Translations under genes and position numbers: made by a program | Notes under the pieces: generated by a model | Database searches by the model: none | What the model was told of the DNA's origin: nothing | The model's input: only the letters and a program-made list of their open reading frames with translations | In this document: piece by piece, positions 18,938 to 28,442 of the stretch | Position numbering within the stretch: the first letter of the stretch is position 1 | How the letters are laid out: each line of letters starts with the position of its first letter | Assembly: GCA_049975265.1 (NCBI GenBank) | Contig: JBNGDF010000008.1 | Location: 32,001 to 96,000 of the forward strand | Origin: Fidelibacterota bacterium | GTDB lineage: Bacteria; Fidelibacterota; UBA2242 | Length of the DNA: 64,000 bases | Reading direction: 5' to 3'

Positions 18938-20623
18938 TTGAGACTACGAAAATTTATTAAATACGGGCTGTTTTGCGGAGTGGGAATAAGTATGGTTGTG
19001 ATCGTTGACGGCAAACCGCTGGCGTTCCCGACAGCTGAGGGTGCCGGTCGTTATACCATCGGCGGCAGGGGCGGTGTTGTTTACGAGGTGACCAATCTGA
19101 ATGACAGCGGTCCGGGCAGTCTGCGGGAGGCGGTGGAAGCCTACGGCCCCCGTACCGTGGTGTTTCGGGTATCCGGGACAATCCAGTTGGAAAGTGAGCT
19201 GAAAATCGGCAATGCCTATATCACTATCGCCGGACAGACGGCGCCCGGAGACGGCATCTGTCTGCGGGACTATCCGGTCAGAATCGACGCTCATAATGTT
19301 ATTATCCGGTACATGCGCTTCCGGTTGGGTGATGAAACACCGGATGGTGGCGATCACGATGCTCTCTGGAGCCGTTACCGCTGGAATATCATCCTCGACC
19401 ACTGTTCTGCCAGCTGGAGCGTGGATGAGACTATGTCGATTTATGGGACCGACAGTCTGACGATTCAGTGGTGCCTGATTTCCGAAAGTCTTTACATGTC
19501 CCATCATGAAAAAGGTGCTCACGGTTACGGCGGCATCTGGGGCGGCAGGGATGTTAGTTTTCATCATAACCTTTTTGCCCACCATTCCAGCCGGACGCCC
19601 CGTTTTGCCGGTGGCGAGACGCCGGTTTGTGTCAATGTCGATTTCCGGAACAATGTGATTTATAACTGGGGTTTTAATAATATTTACGGCGGTGAAGGGG
19701 GCACCATCAATATTGTTGCCAATTACTACAAACCCGGACCTGCAACCAAGTCCAATGTCCATGACCGGATTTTCGATCCCACGGGAAGCGAGGGGCGGTA
19801 TTACATTGTTGATAACTATATGGACGGATATCCCGATATAACAGCGGACAATTGGAGCGGAGTCGATGGAAGTTATGCCTATGCACCGGAAATTAAATCG
19901 GATTCCGCATTTCCGGCGGTGGCGCTTGAATGGCAGCCGGCGGAAGAGGCTTACGAACTGGTACTGGACAATGCGGGTGCCACCTTTCCCGTACGGGACA
20001 CGGTGGACAAACGGGTCATTCGTGATGTTCGCAACGGTACAGCCACCTTTGATGGCTATTACTATGAGATCAAACAGGGTTTTAGCGATACAAGCGTAGT
20101 GCGGGGGATTATTGATTCTCAAAATGATGTCGGTGGTTGGCCCGCCCTGCAGAGCCTTGAAGCGCCTCTGGACAGCGATCATGACGGTATGCCTGATCTG
20201 TGGGAGGTGTCGCAGCTGCTCGATCCTGACGATCCGGAGGACCGCAATCGAACCGATGAAAAGGGGTATACCGCATTGGAAAATTATCTGAACAGCATCG
20301 TCGACGAGTATGTCAGCAGCATGGCGGCAGAAGCCGCCCTTCCGGCAGGATTTCAGGTGGGTCAAAATTATCCCAATCCCTTCAATCCGACGACAACGCT
20401 GCAGTTCTTCGTGCCCAAATCCGGGAACATGTCGATCATGGTTTACGATCTCGCCGGACAGCGAGTGAAAAATCTCTACACCGGATTCTGTCCAGGTGGC
20501 TATCATTCGGTTCGCTGGCAGGGAGATAATGACCGGGGTTATGCGGTTTCCAGCGGAGTCTATTTAGCTGTGTTCAGATTTAACAGAGTACAGGAAGTCA
20601 TCAAGATGCAGTTGATGCGTTAA
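18938..20623 (+). CDS. Pectate lyase, PL1 family, with C-terminal sorting domain
   Basis: AFPTAEGAG..GGRGG.VYEVTNLNDSGPGSLR, AGQTAPGDG, DHCSASWSVDE, RTPR, DSDHDGMPD; CTD QNYPNPFNP; start uncertain (TTG). Confidence 0.93.
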   Translation: MRLRKFIKYGLFCGVGISMVVIVDGKPLAFPTAEGAGRYTIGGRGGVVYEVTNLNDSGPGSLREAVEAYGPRTVVFRVSGTIQLESELKIGNAYITIAGQTAPGDGICLRDYPVRIDAHNVIIRYMRFRLGDETPDGGDHDALWSRYRWNIILDHCSASWSVDETMSIYGTDSLTIQWCLISESLYMSHHEKGAHGYGGIWGGRDVSFHHNLFAHHSSRTPRFAGGETPVCVNVDFRNNVIYNWGFNNIYGGEGGTINIVANYYKPGPATKSNVHDRIFDPTGSEGRYYIVDNYMDGYPDITADNWSGVDGSYAYAPEIKSDSAFPAVALEWQPAEEAYELVLDNAGATFPVRDTVDKRVIRDVRNGTATFDGYYYEIKQGFSDTSVVRGIIDSQNDVGGWPALQSLEAPLDSDHDGMPDLWEVSQLLDPDDPEDRNRTDEKGYTALENYLNSIVDEYVSSMAAEAALPAGFQVGQNYPNPFNPTTTLQFFVPKSGNMSIMVYDLAGQRVKNLYTGFCPGGYHSVRWQGDNDRGYAVSSGVYLAVFRFNRVQEVIKMQLMR

Positions 20624-20650
20624 TACAGCGGACGATATGAACGCAATGAG

Positions 20651-20666
20651 TTATATGACATATAAT
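20651..20666 (+). promoter_or_regulatory. Perfect 15-bp palindrome overlapping a TATAAT box upstream of the TonB receptor
   Basis: TTATATG-A-CATATAA (20651-20665); TATAAT at 20661-20666. Confidence 0.5.
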
Positions 20667-20696
20667 CAAAACAGTCAACGATTTTCAGGAGAGGCG

Positions 20697-23600
20697 ATGT
20701 TGCGTAGACAATATATGGCGGGTGGTATTCGCTATATTCTGATTGTGATGCTTTTGATGGGTTTTACAATGACCTTTGCCCAGACCCGCAGCCGGATCGG
20801 CGGCACCGTCCGCGATGCCAAAACGGGGAGACCGCTGGTCGGCGTCAATGTCATTGTGGAAGGTACGGAACTGGGTGCCGCCACTGATGAGAACGGACAA
20901 TACATTATTATCAATGTGCCGGTGGGAACCTACCGGGTTCGGGCGTCTATGATCGGATACGAGACTATGGTCATGAAAGAGGTGCTGGTTTCGGCGGAGC
21001 GGATGACGAAGCTGGATTTTCATCTGGTTCAAACCGTCATTGAGGGCAGTGTCGTCGAAGTGACGGCAACCCGCCACGTGCTGCACAAGGAGGTTTCCAG
21101 TACCCAGATGGTGGTTACGACGGAACAGATGCAGGATGCTTCAGGCATTCGGGAGATCAATGCTTTTTTGTCGAAAATGCCCGGTGTGTCCGAGGAGAAC
21201 GGCTATCTGACGATTCGCGGCGGCTCCGCCGATCAGACCGGCATGATGATGAACGGTATTTCCTATATGAACGCCGCCGCCGGCAATGCCGAAACCAGCA
21301 TCCCCATGAGTGCGATAGAGCAGGTTGCGTTGCTCTCGGGCGGTTATAATGCCGAGTACGGAAATTTTCGCTCCGGACTGATCAATGTTACCACGAAATC
21401 AGGGACGAAAGACAGTTATCACGGTACGGTATCCTATTCCCGGGACCAACCCCATATCCGGCGGTTCGGTGGTTCCTTTTATGATCAATCATGTCCGGCT
21501 GTGGCGCCCTATATTGATCCGGAACAGTGTATGGATATGTGGATCAAAGCCGCCAATAATTTTAATCTGAGCAATCCGAAATATCCGGCGAATGCCACCG
21601 ATTATTTCTATCTCGCCAACTGGATGCACATGACGATTCCCGATTATGAGGGGCTGGCAGCGCTTTCCGATTCCGTGAAAGAGGTGATTGGTTATTATGA
21701 ACTGACCGATGAGCAGAAAAAGGCGTTTAAAGAGCACCACATGAAGGAGGAGTATTCGGACTGGAATCTGGATGGCGGATTCGGGGGTCCGTTGCCTTTT
21801 GTCGGCAAAGCGCTGGGTGATGCGACCTTTTATATTTCCCATAATTCCAAGGAACGCCACTACATCCAGCCGGTCTCCCGGAAAAGCGATCTGCTCTCCA
21901 CGACACTCCTGACCCTGAAAATGCAGCCGCTGAACAACCTGACCCTGACTCTAAACGGTTTGTATAAGCACCAGATCGGAGTCAGTCCGATCCGACCGCC
22001 CTGGGGCGATTTCCCCGATGCCAGTCGGGAGGGTGGCTTTATGCCCCAGGACAACCTCAAATTTTTCACCCGTACCCAAAATCCTGACTATTTTTACGAC
22101 CCGCCTTTCTTTCCGAAAATCGAGCAGAAAACCCTGGTGGGCGGAATTACCATCAATCATATTTTGAACAAATCAACTTTTTGGGAATTGAGTCTGAATG
22201 GCTCACAGATTCGCGATTTTTCGGAAGTTGGCAATACCCGTGATTCCACGGTCATCACCCATTTCGGACCCTTTCCGGTGACCGAGATGCCCTACGGAAA
22301 ACTTCAGTATGGCAATAACCGGATAATCGGAATTTTCGGTGAGGACACCCTGAATTATAACTATCCCTCCTATGACGCGCTGCCTGGAGTCACCAACCGT
22401 CGTTTCCGGCGCAAGGAGGGGGACCTGTATACCAATGTCAAGCTACATCAATACCGGGCGAAATTCGACCTGAATTCCCAGATCGGAATGGTGCATTATC
22501 TGAAAGCGGGGCTGGAGTACAATCTGTTTATCCTCAATCATAATCTCTGGAATAAATGGAATGAGAATTATTATAACGTTTACGAATATAACTACTACAG
22601 AAAACCGAGTCAGACGGGACTATACTTTCAGGATCAGATCACCCTGGAGTCTATCGTAGCCAATCTGGGTGTTCGTTTTGATTATTACTATGGCGGCGGC
22701 GGTGAGTGGCCTACCGGTGATCCCTTTAACGAAGAGATGTTTCTGCCCCAGAAGGTCGCCGAAGATACCGTCCTCTTCCGATATCTGGAGGAGGGCAGAT
22801 CCTACATCTGGGACCTCTGGGAAGCCTATGACGATTCGGTGGATCCCGGTTTTCTGCAACCAATCAAAAATCACTTTACCATCAGTCCCCGGATTGGAAT
22901 CTCCTTTCCCATTACGGAGAATTCGAAATTCTATTTCAATTACGGACATTTTCGCTCCAATCCGCCCTACTATTCCATGTATCTCTATCGGTATCGGTAT
23001 GATAAAAACGGGCTCTACGATATGTCCAATCCCAATCTCGATCCGCCGCGGACGATTTCCTATGAGCTGGGCGTGATGTACAATTTCTGGAAAAGCTGGC
23101 TTCTGAAAATTTCAGGATATTCCAAGGATGTGACCGGACAGCACGGGGAGGTCACCTACAAGACCAATCGCTTGGATTATGATATGTGGGTGAACAATGA
23201 ATACGAAGACATTCAAGGGATGGAGATCAATCTTTCCAAAAGCGATAACAGCTGGCTGACGGGCTGGATAAATTTCAACTATATGCTGAAAAAAGAGGGG
23301 CTCACCGGCAAAGAGGAAATCACCGAAATCACCCTGGACAATTATGCCGAGGACCTGTATCAGGGACAGGAAAGCCGGGCGTTGCCGCAACCGAAACTGA
23401 ATGCCAACATCACCTTTCGCTCGCCGGAAAAGTGGGGCCCCGCCATCGGTCGCTTTTACCCGCTGGGCAGTCTCAGTCTGACACTGTTTGGTGAATGGGA
23501 AGCTGGCGACTATTTTACGGCAAATCCAACCGGCATACCGAACCTGAACAATAATATGCAATGGCCGGATTACTACATGGTTGATCTCAAAGCCGCCAAA

Positions 23601-23951
23601 AAGATCAGGTTCGGTAAGGTCACCTCCACGATTTTTGTCGATGTCAGCAACTTTTTCAATTTCAAGGTCAGCCTGATGCACAGGGGGTACTGTTTTGCCA
23701 AGGATTCCGGTGATGATTTTGAAGATTGGCAGGACTTTCTGAATTATATCAAGACTCTGCATCTGCCGGACTGGGCATCCTCGGAATATGACAATGTCCG
23801 CAACGAAGAGGCAGGGTACTATATCCCCGGTAATGATAAAATCGGTGAACTCCGGTCTGAGAAAAAACCGTATATAGATGATCCGAATTATAGCTGCTGG
23901 ATTTACGGACAGCCGCGGGATATCTGGGTCGGTATCCGGTTTGATTTTTAG
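20697..23951 (+). CDS. TonB-dependent receptor (non-SusC type) with N-terminal carboxypeptidase-regulatory-like domain
   Basis: AGGAGAGG RBS, signal peptide, GAATDENGQYIIINVPVGTY domain, plug TIRGG and SGGYNAEYG, barrel motifs SPRIGISFPI, SYELG, terminal PRDIWVGIRFDF. Confidence 0.93.
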   Translation: MLRRQYMAGGIRYILIVMLLMGFTMTFAQTRSRIGGTVRDAKTGRPLVGVNVIVEGTELGAATDENGQYIIINVPVGTYRVRASMIGYETMVMKEVLVSAERMTKLDFHLVQTVIEGSVVEVTATRHVLHKEVSSTQMVVTTEQMQDASGIREINAFLSKMPGVSEENGYLTIRGGSADQTGMMMNGISYMNAAAGNAETSIPMSAIEQVALLSGGYNAEYGNFRSGLINVTTKSGTKDSYHGTVSYSRDQPHIRRFGGSFYDQSCPAVAPYIDPEQCMDMWIKAANNFNLSNPKYPANATDYFYLANWMHMTIPDYEGLAALSDSVKEVIGYYELTDEQKKAFKEHHMKEEYSDWNLDGGFGGPLPFVGKALGDATFYISHNSKERHYIQPVSRKSDLLSTTLLTLKMQPLNNLTLTLNGLYKHQIGVSPIRPPWGDFPDASREGGFMPQDNLKFFTRTQNPDYFYDPPFFPKIEQKTLVGGITINHILNKSTFWELSLNGSQIRDFSEVGNTRDSTVITHFGPFPVTEMPYGKLQYGNNRIIGIFGEDTLNYNYPSYDALPGVTNRRFRRKEGDLYTNVKLHQYRAKFDLNSQIGMVHYLKAGLEYNLFILNHNLWNKWNENYYNVYEYNYYRKPSQTGLYFQDQITLESIVANLGVRFDYYYGGGGEWPTGDPFNEEMFLPQKVAEDTVLFRYLEEGRSYIWDLWEAYDDSVDPGFLQPIKNHFTISPRIGISFPITENSKFYFNYGHFRSNPPYYSMYLYRYRYDKNGLYDMSNPNLDPPRTISYELGVMYNFWKSWLLKISGYSKDVTGQHGEVTYKTNRLDYDMWVNNEYEDIQGMEINLSKSDNSWLTGWINFNYMLKKEGLTGKEEITEITLDNYAEDLYQGQESRALPQPKLNANITFRSPEKWGPAIGRFYPLGSLSLTLFGEWEAGDYFTANPTGIPNLNNNMQWPDYYMVDLKAAKKIRFGKVTSTIFVDVSNFFNFKVSLMHRGYCFAKDSGDDFEDWQDFLNYIKTLHLPDWASSEYDNVRNEEAGYYIPGNDKIGELRSEKKPYIDDPNYSCWIYGQPRDIWVGIRFDF

Positions 23952-23996
23952 CAAAGGAAAGAACATGACCGCCAATCATAAAGATATGGAGAGTTC

Positions 23997-26174
23997 ATGA
24001 AGGCTTTTGAAAAGAGTCGCAGATTAAAAGCGGGCGGAACGGCATTTTGGGTTGTAAGGCTGCTTCTCGTTGGAATGGTGTTCGCCCAGACGCAGCCGGA
24101 GCTGGAAACAGCCACCGTCCAGATGGGACGGGTCTGGGTCGGTGTCAAAGCCAATGGCGATAAAGGCAATTTCGAATTCCGCTACCCCTTTTTCCCCAAC
24201 GATTACGACGTACTCGGCGTGCGGGGTCAGCAACAGGATTTATGGGGCGGTGCAGGCTTCCGGCTGGTGACCACCAACTGGTGGGACCCGGTCTATCCCG
24301 ATTCGCTGCACAAAGTGGCTATTTTCGGACCGACGAACGAGTATATGCCTCAGGGAAAAGTCGTTGAAGGCGGCGAGCTGACCAATTATGCCCGCTTTGG
24401 GTATCCGGAGCAGTATGTTGATTTCGAACCGCTGTCTCTGCCGGAATTCAGTCCGACCGCTCCCGATATGCTGGGCGATTACAGTTACGATCAGGTGGTA
24501 GAGGTGACCTCGGAAAATATTCTCGGTGTGCAGCTCCGCCGCAAGCTGATGGCTTGGAGCCAGAGCCTGAATGATGATTACGTCATTCTCGATGTGGAAC
24601 TGACCAACGTCAGTGGCGATACGCTGCCCGATTTTTATATTAATGTGGAATCCAACGGGGAAAACACCTATCATTCCACTGGCTCCAATCCGACCCTGAG
24701 AGGAGAAGAGGCGATCCAGACATCCTATACCTGGCAGCACTATTACGGCGGTCGGGTCGGCGACAGCCTGCGGGTCTTTTATGAATACAGCGCTGACGAT
24801 CCCAACATTGTCGGCGATGATATGGGCAAACCGGCGATTAGCCAGAACGGGCGCCTGGTTTTTCCGAAATTTGTCTGGTATTCGATCCTGCACGCATCAG
24901 AACAGCCCTATACGAAACCGGAGGATGACGAAGATGATTTTCTGCAGCCAAAGGTGACCTACATCGGCAAAAGCAACCTGATTCCCTACAATGATGAGAG
25001 CGATGAATTCGGCAGTAAAAATTTCTGGGCGATTCGCGGCGCCTATTCAGAATTCTTACCCATGAGCGGTAATACCTGGCCGGGTACTTATCACGGGGTC
25101 AATAGCGACGAGTACAATTCGCCGGATTTTTCGGCTCTGGGCGCCGTTTCCAAAGATAATAATAATTCCAAGATGTATTCCAGCTTCGGTCCCTACACCT
25201 TTCTGCCGGGTCAGAAAATCCGGCTGGTGTTTGCCAGTGGCTATTCCGGTCTCAGTCTCGAAAAGGGCAAGGAGATCGGACGCAAGTGGCTGAACGGCAC
25301 TCTGGAAGATCCACCCAATCTACCGGATGATCATACCGGGTACCTCCCAGCCAATTTTGTTTTTCCCGCTGGCGCCACGGAAATGGACCGGCGCAAAGAC
25401 CGCTGGATCAGTACCGGAATTGATTCGGTCATGGCGAGCGCTTCCCGGGCGAAGTGGAATTTTGACCATGGCTATAAAATTCCCCTTTCACCGCCGCCGC
25501 CCAGCCGGATAGATATTACCGGTCTCGGAACGGGCGTAGAAATAAAGTGGGTAGATATAGAGGCGGAAGCCATGCCGAATTTTGCCGGCTATCGGATTTT
25601 GCGGCGGATATCCAACCTGGATTCGGTCTTTTATGATGTTGTCTACAATTCTGATTCCGATGATAAGGCGGCGGAACATCTTTTTGTTGACACTACGGTC
25701 GTTGTGGGCGCGCAGTATTACTACTATGTACAGGCAAAAGCCCGCGTTGCACCGGATGATCTGACCGCCCATGCTTCGACGCGCGGAAAGATCATGTACA
25801 GTAACCGGGTGCTGCATCCCAATCTGACGCCGGTGTTTCCGCCCTATTTCTCCCAGGACGACCTCAGCAAAATCCGGATTGTCCCGAATCCCTACAATAT
25901 CAACGATCCGCTCTTACGTGATGTCGGATGGACCGATCGCCGCGGCTTGATGTTTCTGAATCTGCCTCCGGAGGTGACTATCAAAATCTTCACTGAAAAC
26001 GGCGACTGGGTGCAGACGCTGGAACATTACAGCCCGCCCACTGTGCTCGCCGGCAATAAATTCTGGGATATGATCACCCGCAACCAGCAGGTGATTCACA
26101 GCGGGGTCTATATTGCGGTTTTTGAGACGCCGGACGGGCAGACATCCATGCAAAAATTTCTGGTAATCCGTTGA
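23997..26174 (+). CDS. Secreted hypothetical protein with Fn3-like region and variant C-terminal sorting domain
   Basis: SPI-type signal (VFA|Q, no lipobox), proline linker PLSPPPP, FAGYRILR...YYYYVQA, C-terminus IRIVPNPY...FLNLP...IKIFT..G...WD...SGVYI...KFLVIR. Confidence 0.85.
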   Translation: MKAFEKSRRLKAGGTAFWVVRLLLVGMVFAQTQPELETATVQMGRVWVGVKANGDKGNFEFRYPFFPNDYDVLGVRGQQQDLWGGAGFRLVTTNWWDPVYPDSLHKVAIFGPTNEYMPQGKVVEGGELTNYARFGYPEQYVDFEPLSLPEFSPTAPDMLGDYSYDQVVEVTSENILGVQLRRKLMAWSQSLNDDYVILDVELTNVSGDTLPDFYINVESNGENTYHSTGSNPTLRGEEAIQTSYTWQHYYGGRVGDSLRVFYEYSADDPNIVGDDMGKPAISQNGRLVFPKFVWYSILHASEQPYTKPEDDEDDFLQPKVTYIGKSNLIPYNDESDEFGSKNFWAIRGAYSEFLPMSGNTWPGTYHGVNSDEYNSPDFSALGAVSKDNNNSKMYSSFGPYTFLPGQKIRLVFASGYSGLSLEKGKEIGRKWLNGTLEDPPNLPDDHTGYLPANFVFPAGATEMDRRKDRWISTGIDSVMASASRAKWNFDHGYKIPLSPPPPSRIDITGLGTGVEIKWVDIEAEAMPNFAGYRILRRISNLDSVFYDVVYNSDSDDKAAEHLFVDTTVVVGAQYYYYVQAKARVAPDDLTAHASTRGKIMYSNRVLHPNLTPVFPPYFSQDDLSKIRIVPNPYNINDPLLRDVGWTDRRGLMFLNLPPEVTIKIFTENGDWVQTLEHYSPPTVLAGNKFWDMITRNQQVIHSGVYIAVFETPDGQTSMQKFLVIR

Positions 26175-26194
26175 TGTGCAAAGGAGAAGAATCA

Positions 26195-27211
26195 ATGCGA
26201 CTCAATAAAATGACCGGATATGTACTGATTTTACTCTTTGTGTCTTTTACGCTGACGGATGCCCAGGTGGGTCTGAAAAAGGTGGCGCAGAGCACTATGA
26301 ATTTTCAGCTGGTCAGCGTCTCGCCGCGTGCCAGCGCGCTGGGTGAAGCCTTCATTACCCTGGGCACCGGTGCCGAGAGTATCTTTTTCAATCCCGCCGG
26401 AATCGCCGAATCTGAAAATCGTCTGGATGTCAAACTGTACATGACCCACTGGATTGCGGATATTGATTACTTAGCCGGTGCGCTCAGCTGGAATCTGGGA
26501 ACTTACGGTACAGTGGGACTGAGCGCTCTGAGTGTGGATTACGGTACCATCTACGGGACGAGTCTGGTATCCGGTACTGAGATGGTACACTATCCGGCTG
26601 GCTACCGGGATTTGGGAACGGTCAGCAATGTCGGTGCCTATTCGGTGGGTGTCTCTTATGGAAAAGCCGTCAGCACGCAGTTTTTTATCGGCGGCAATGT
26701 TCGTCTGGCAGGTCAGAATCTCGGACAGAGCTATCTGGAATCCGGACGGAAGGACAATAACGCCACCAGACTGGTTTTCGACGCCGGCGTGAAATATTAT
26801 ACCGGTCTGCGCAGTTTTCGCTTTGGAATGGCGATCCGCAATTTTTCTTCCAATATCAAGCGGGAACGGATTTACGAGCAGCTGCCGCTGATCTTTATCA
26901 TGGGTGCCGCTATTGATCTGTTTGAAATGGTGTCACCGGGTGGGGAACGAAACAGCAACCTGACATTGGCGGTGGATTTTTTACATCCCAATAATTACTC
27001 CGAGCGGATGAATATCGGACTCGAATATCTGGCTTTCGGAAGGCTGGCATTAAGAGCCGGGTATCAGACCAACCAGGATGTGGCTTCCTGGTCGGCGGGC
27101 TTGGGGGTCAATGCCAACCTCGCCGGCAGGACGGTGGCGTTTGACTATTCCTATTCCAATTTTGATATCTTTGATGGGGTCAATCGCCTCTCAATCGGAT
27201 TTAATTTTTAA
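26195..27211 (+). CDS. PorV/PorQ-family outer-membrane beta-barrel
   Basis: PRASALGEAF...SIFFNPAGI N-terminal signature, amphipathic strands, LRAGY, FDYSY, terminal SIGFNF; AAGGAG RBS. Confidence 0.88.
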   Translation: MRLNKMTGYVLILLFVSFTLTDAQVGLKKVAQSTMNFQLVSVSPRASALGEAFITLGTGAESIFFNPAGIAESENRLDVKLYMTHWIADIDYLAGALSWNLGTYGTVGLSALSVDYGTIYGTSLVSGTEMVHYPAGYRDLGTVSNVGAYSVGVSYGKAVSTQFFIGGNVRLAGQNLGQSYLESGRKDNNATRLVFDAGVKYYTGLRSFRFGMAIRNFSSNIKRERIYEQLPLIFIMGAAIDLFEMVSPGGERNSNLTLAVDFLHPNNYSERMNIGLEYLAFGRLALRAGYQTNQDVASWSAGLGVNANLAGRTVAFDYSYSNFDIFDGVNRLSIGFNF

Positions 27212-27224
27212 CGAGCTGATTCTA

Positions 27225-28439
27225 ATGAAGCTTCAACATCGCATCACTATTTCAGCGCTAGCGGGTCTGATTCTGATTACCTGCGTGCAATTTTGCGGCG
27301 GACGGCTGCAGAGTGACTATCTGAGCTGGGCAACCCGCACAGCCGATTCCTTTATTGAGCGTGCGCCGGATTACAAAATTACCTACGAAGAAAATCGCGC
27401 CAAGCACAAATGGCATTACGAGCAGGGCTTGATGCTGAACGCACTGCACAGACTCTGGCATATGACAGGGGATCGGTGTTATTTTGACTTTATCCGGCAG
27501 AATATCGATCTGTATGTCCAGGAAGATGGCTCGATCCTGACCTATGATCAGGAGGATTTCAAGCTGGATGATATCGGTCCGGGAAGAACATTGCTGCGAC
27601 TCTACGAGGAGGTCGGTGACGAAAAGTATCACAAGGCGGCACAGCGGCTGCGTCGCCAGCTGGAGAGGCAACCACGCACGTCGGCGGGCGGTTTCTGGCA
27701 TAAGAAAATTTATTCCTGGCAGATGTGGCTGGATGGACTCTATATGGCGGCGCCCTTTTATGCGGAATATGAAAAAAGATTTGCCGCATCGCCGGATTAC
27801 GCCGATGTCGTTCGGCAATTCCGGCTGATCTATACACAAACCCGTGATCCTGAAACCGGTTTGCTGTATCACGGCTGGGATGAGAAGCGGCAGCAGATCT
27901 GGGCGAATCCACAGACCGGATTGTCATCGCATTTCTGGGGGCGTGGTCTCGGCTGGTATATGATGGCGCTGGTGGATGTACTGGAGATTTTACCGGCGGA
28001 GACAACCGGCAGGGAGAATCTGTTGAAGCAACTGAATGATCTTGCACAAGCCATATTAAAGGTGCGGGATCCGGAGTCAAAAGTCTGGTATCAGGTGCTG
28101 GACCAGGGGGATCGTGAGGGCAACTATCTGGAATCTTCCGCTTCGGCGATGTTCATTTATAGTTTTGCCAAAGGTGCGAATAAAGGCTACCTGCCGGCTG
28201 AGTATCGCAAAATTGCCAAAGAATCCTTTCGGGGCTTTATCGCTGAATTCGTCCATGTGAATGAGGACGGTTTGGTGGATGTGCGGCACGTCTGCTCCGG
28301 TGCCGGTTTGGGCGGTAAGCAGCAGCGCGACGGCAGCTTTGAATATTATATCAGCGAACCGCAGCGCACCAACGACTGCAAAGCCGTGGGTCCTTTTATT
28401 TTGGCGGCGCTGGAACTGACGAAAGGACGCGGGAAGTAG
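27225..28439 (+). CDS. Unsaturated rhamnogalacturonyl hydrolase, GH105 (YteR-like)
   Basis: WHYEQG, LDDI, GGFWHK..Y..QMWLDGLYM, HGWDE, WGRGLGW, ESSASAM; start moved to ATG 27225. Confidence 0.93.
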   Translation: MKLQHRITISALAGLILITCVQFCGGRLQSDYLSWATRTADSFIERAPDYKITYEENRAKHKWHYEQGLMLNALHRLWHMTGDRCYFDFIRQNIDLYVQEDGSILTYDQEDFKLDDIGPGRTLLRLYEEVGDEKYHKAAQRLRRQLERQPRTSAGGFWHKKIYSWQMWLDGLYMAAPFYAEYEKRFAASPDYADVVRQFRLIYTQTRDPETGLLYHGWDEKRQQIWANPQTGLSSHFWGRGLGWYMMALVDVLEILPAETTGRENLLKQLNDLAQAILKVRDPESKVWYQVLDQGDREGNYLESSASAMFIYSFAKGANKGYLPAEYRKIAKESFRGFIAEFVHVNEDGLVDVRHVCSGAGLGGKQQRDGSFEYYISEPQRTNDCKAVGPFILAALELTKGRGK

Positions 28440-28442
28440 TAG

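Noticed and set aside
18944..20506. Long antisense ORFs (520 aa here; also 11967-13124, 33888-34859, 50817-51947)
   Set aside because: Shadow frames opposite well-supported genes, with no protein-family motifs
23997..26174. SusD-family call for the gene after the TonB receptor
   Set aside because: No lipobox Cys or SusD motifs; it has an SPI signal and a CTD-like C-terminus
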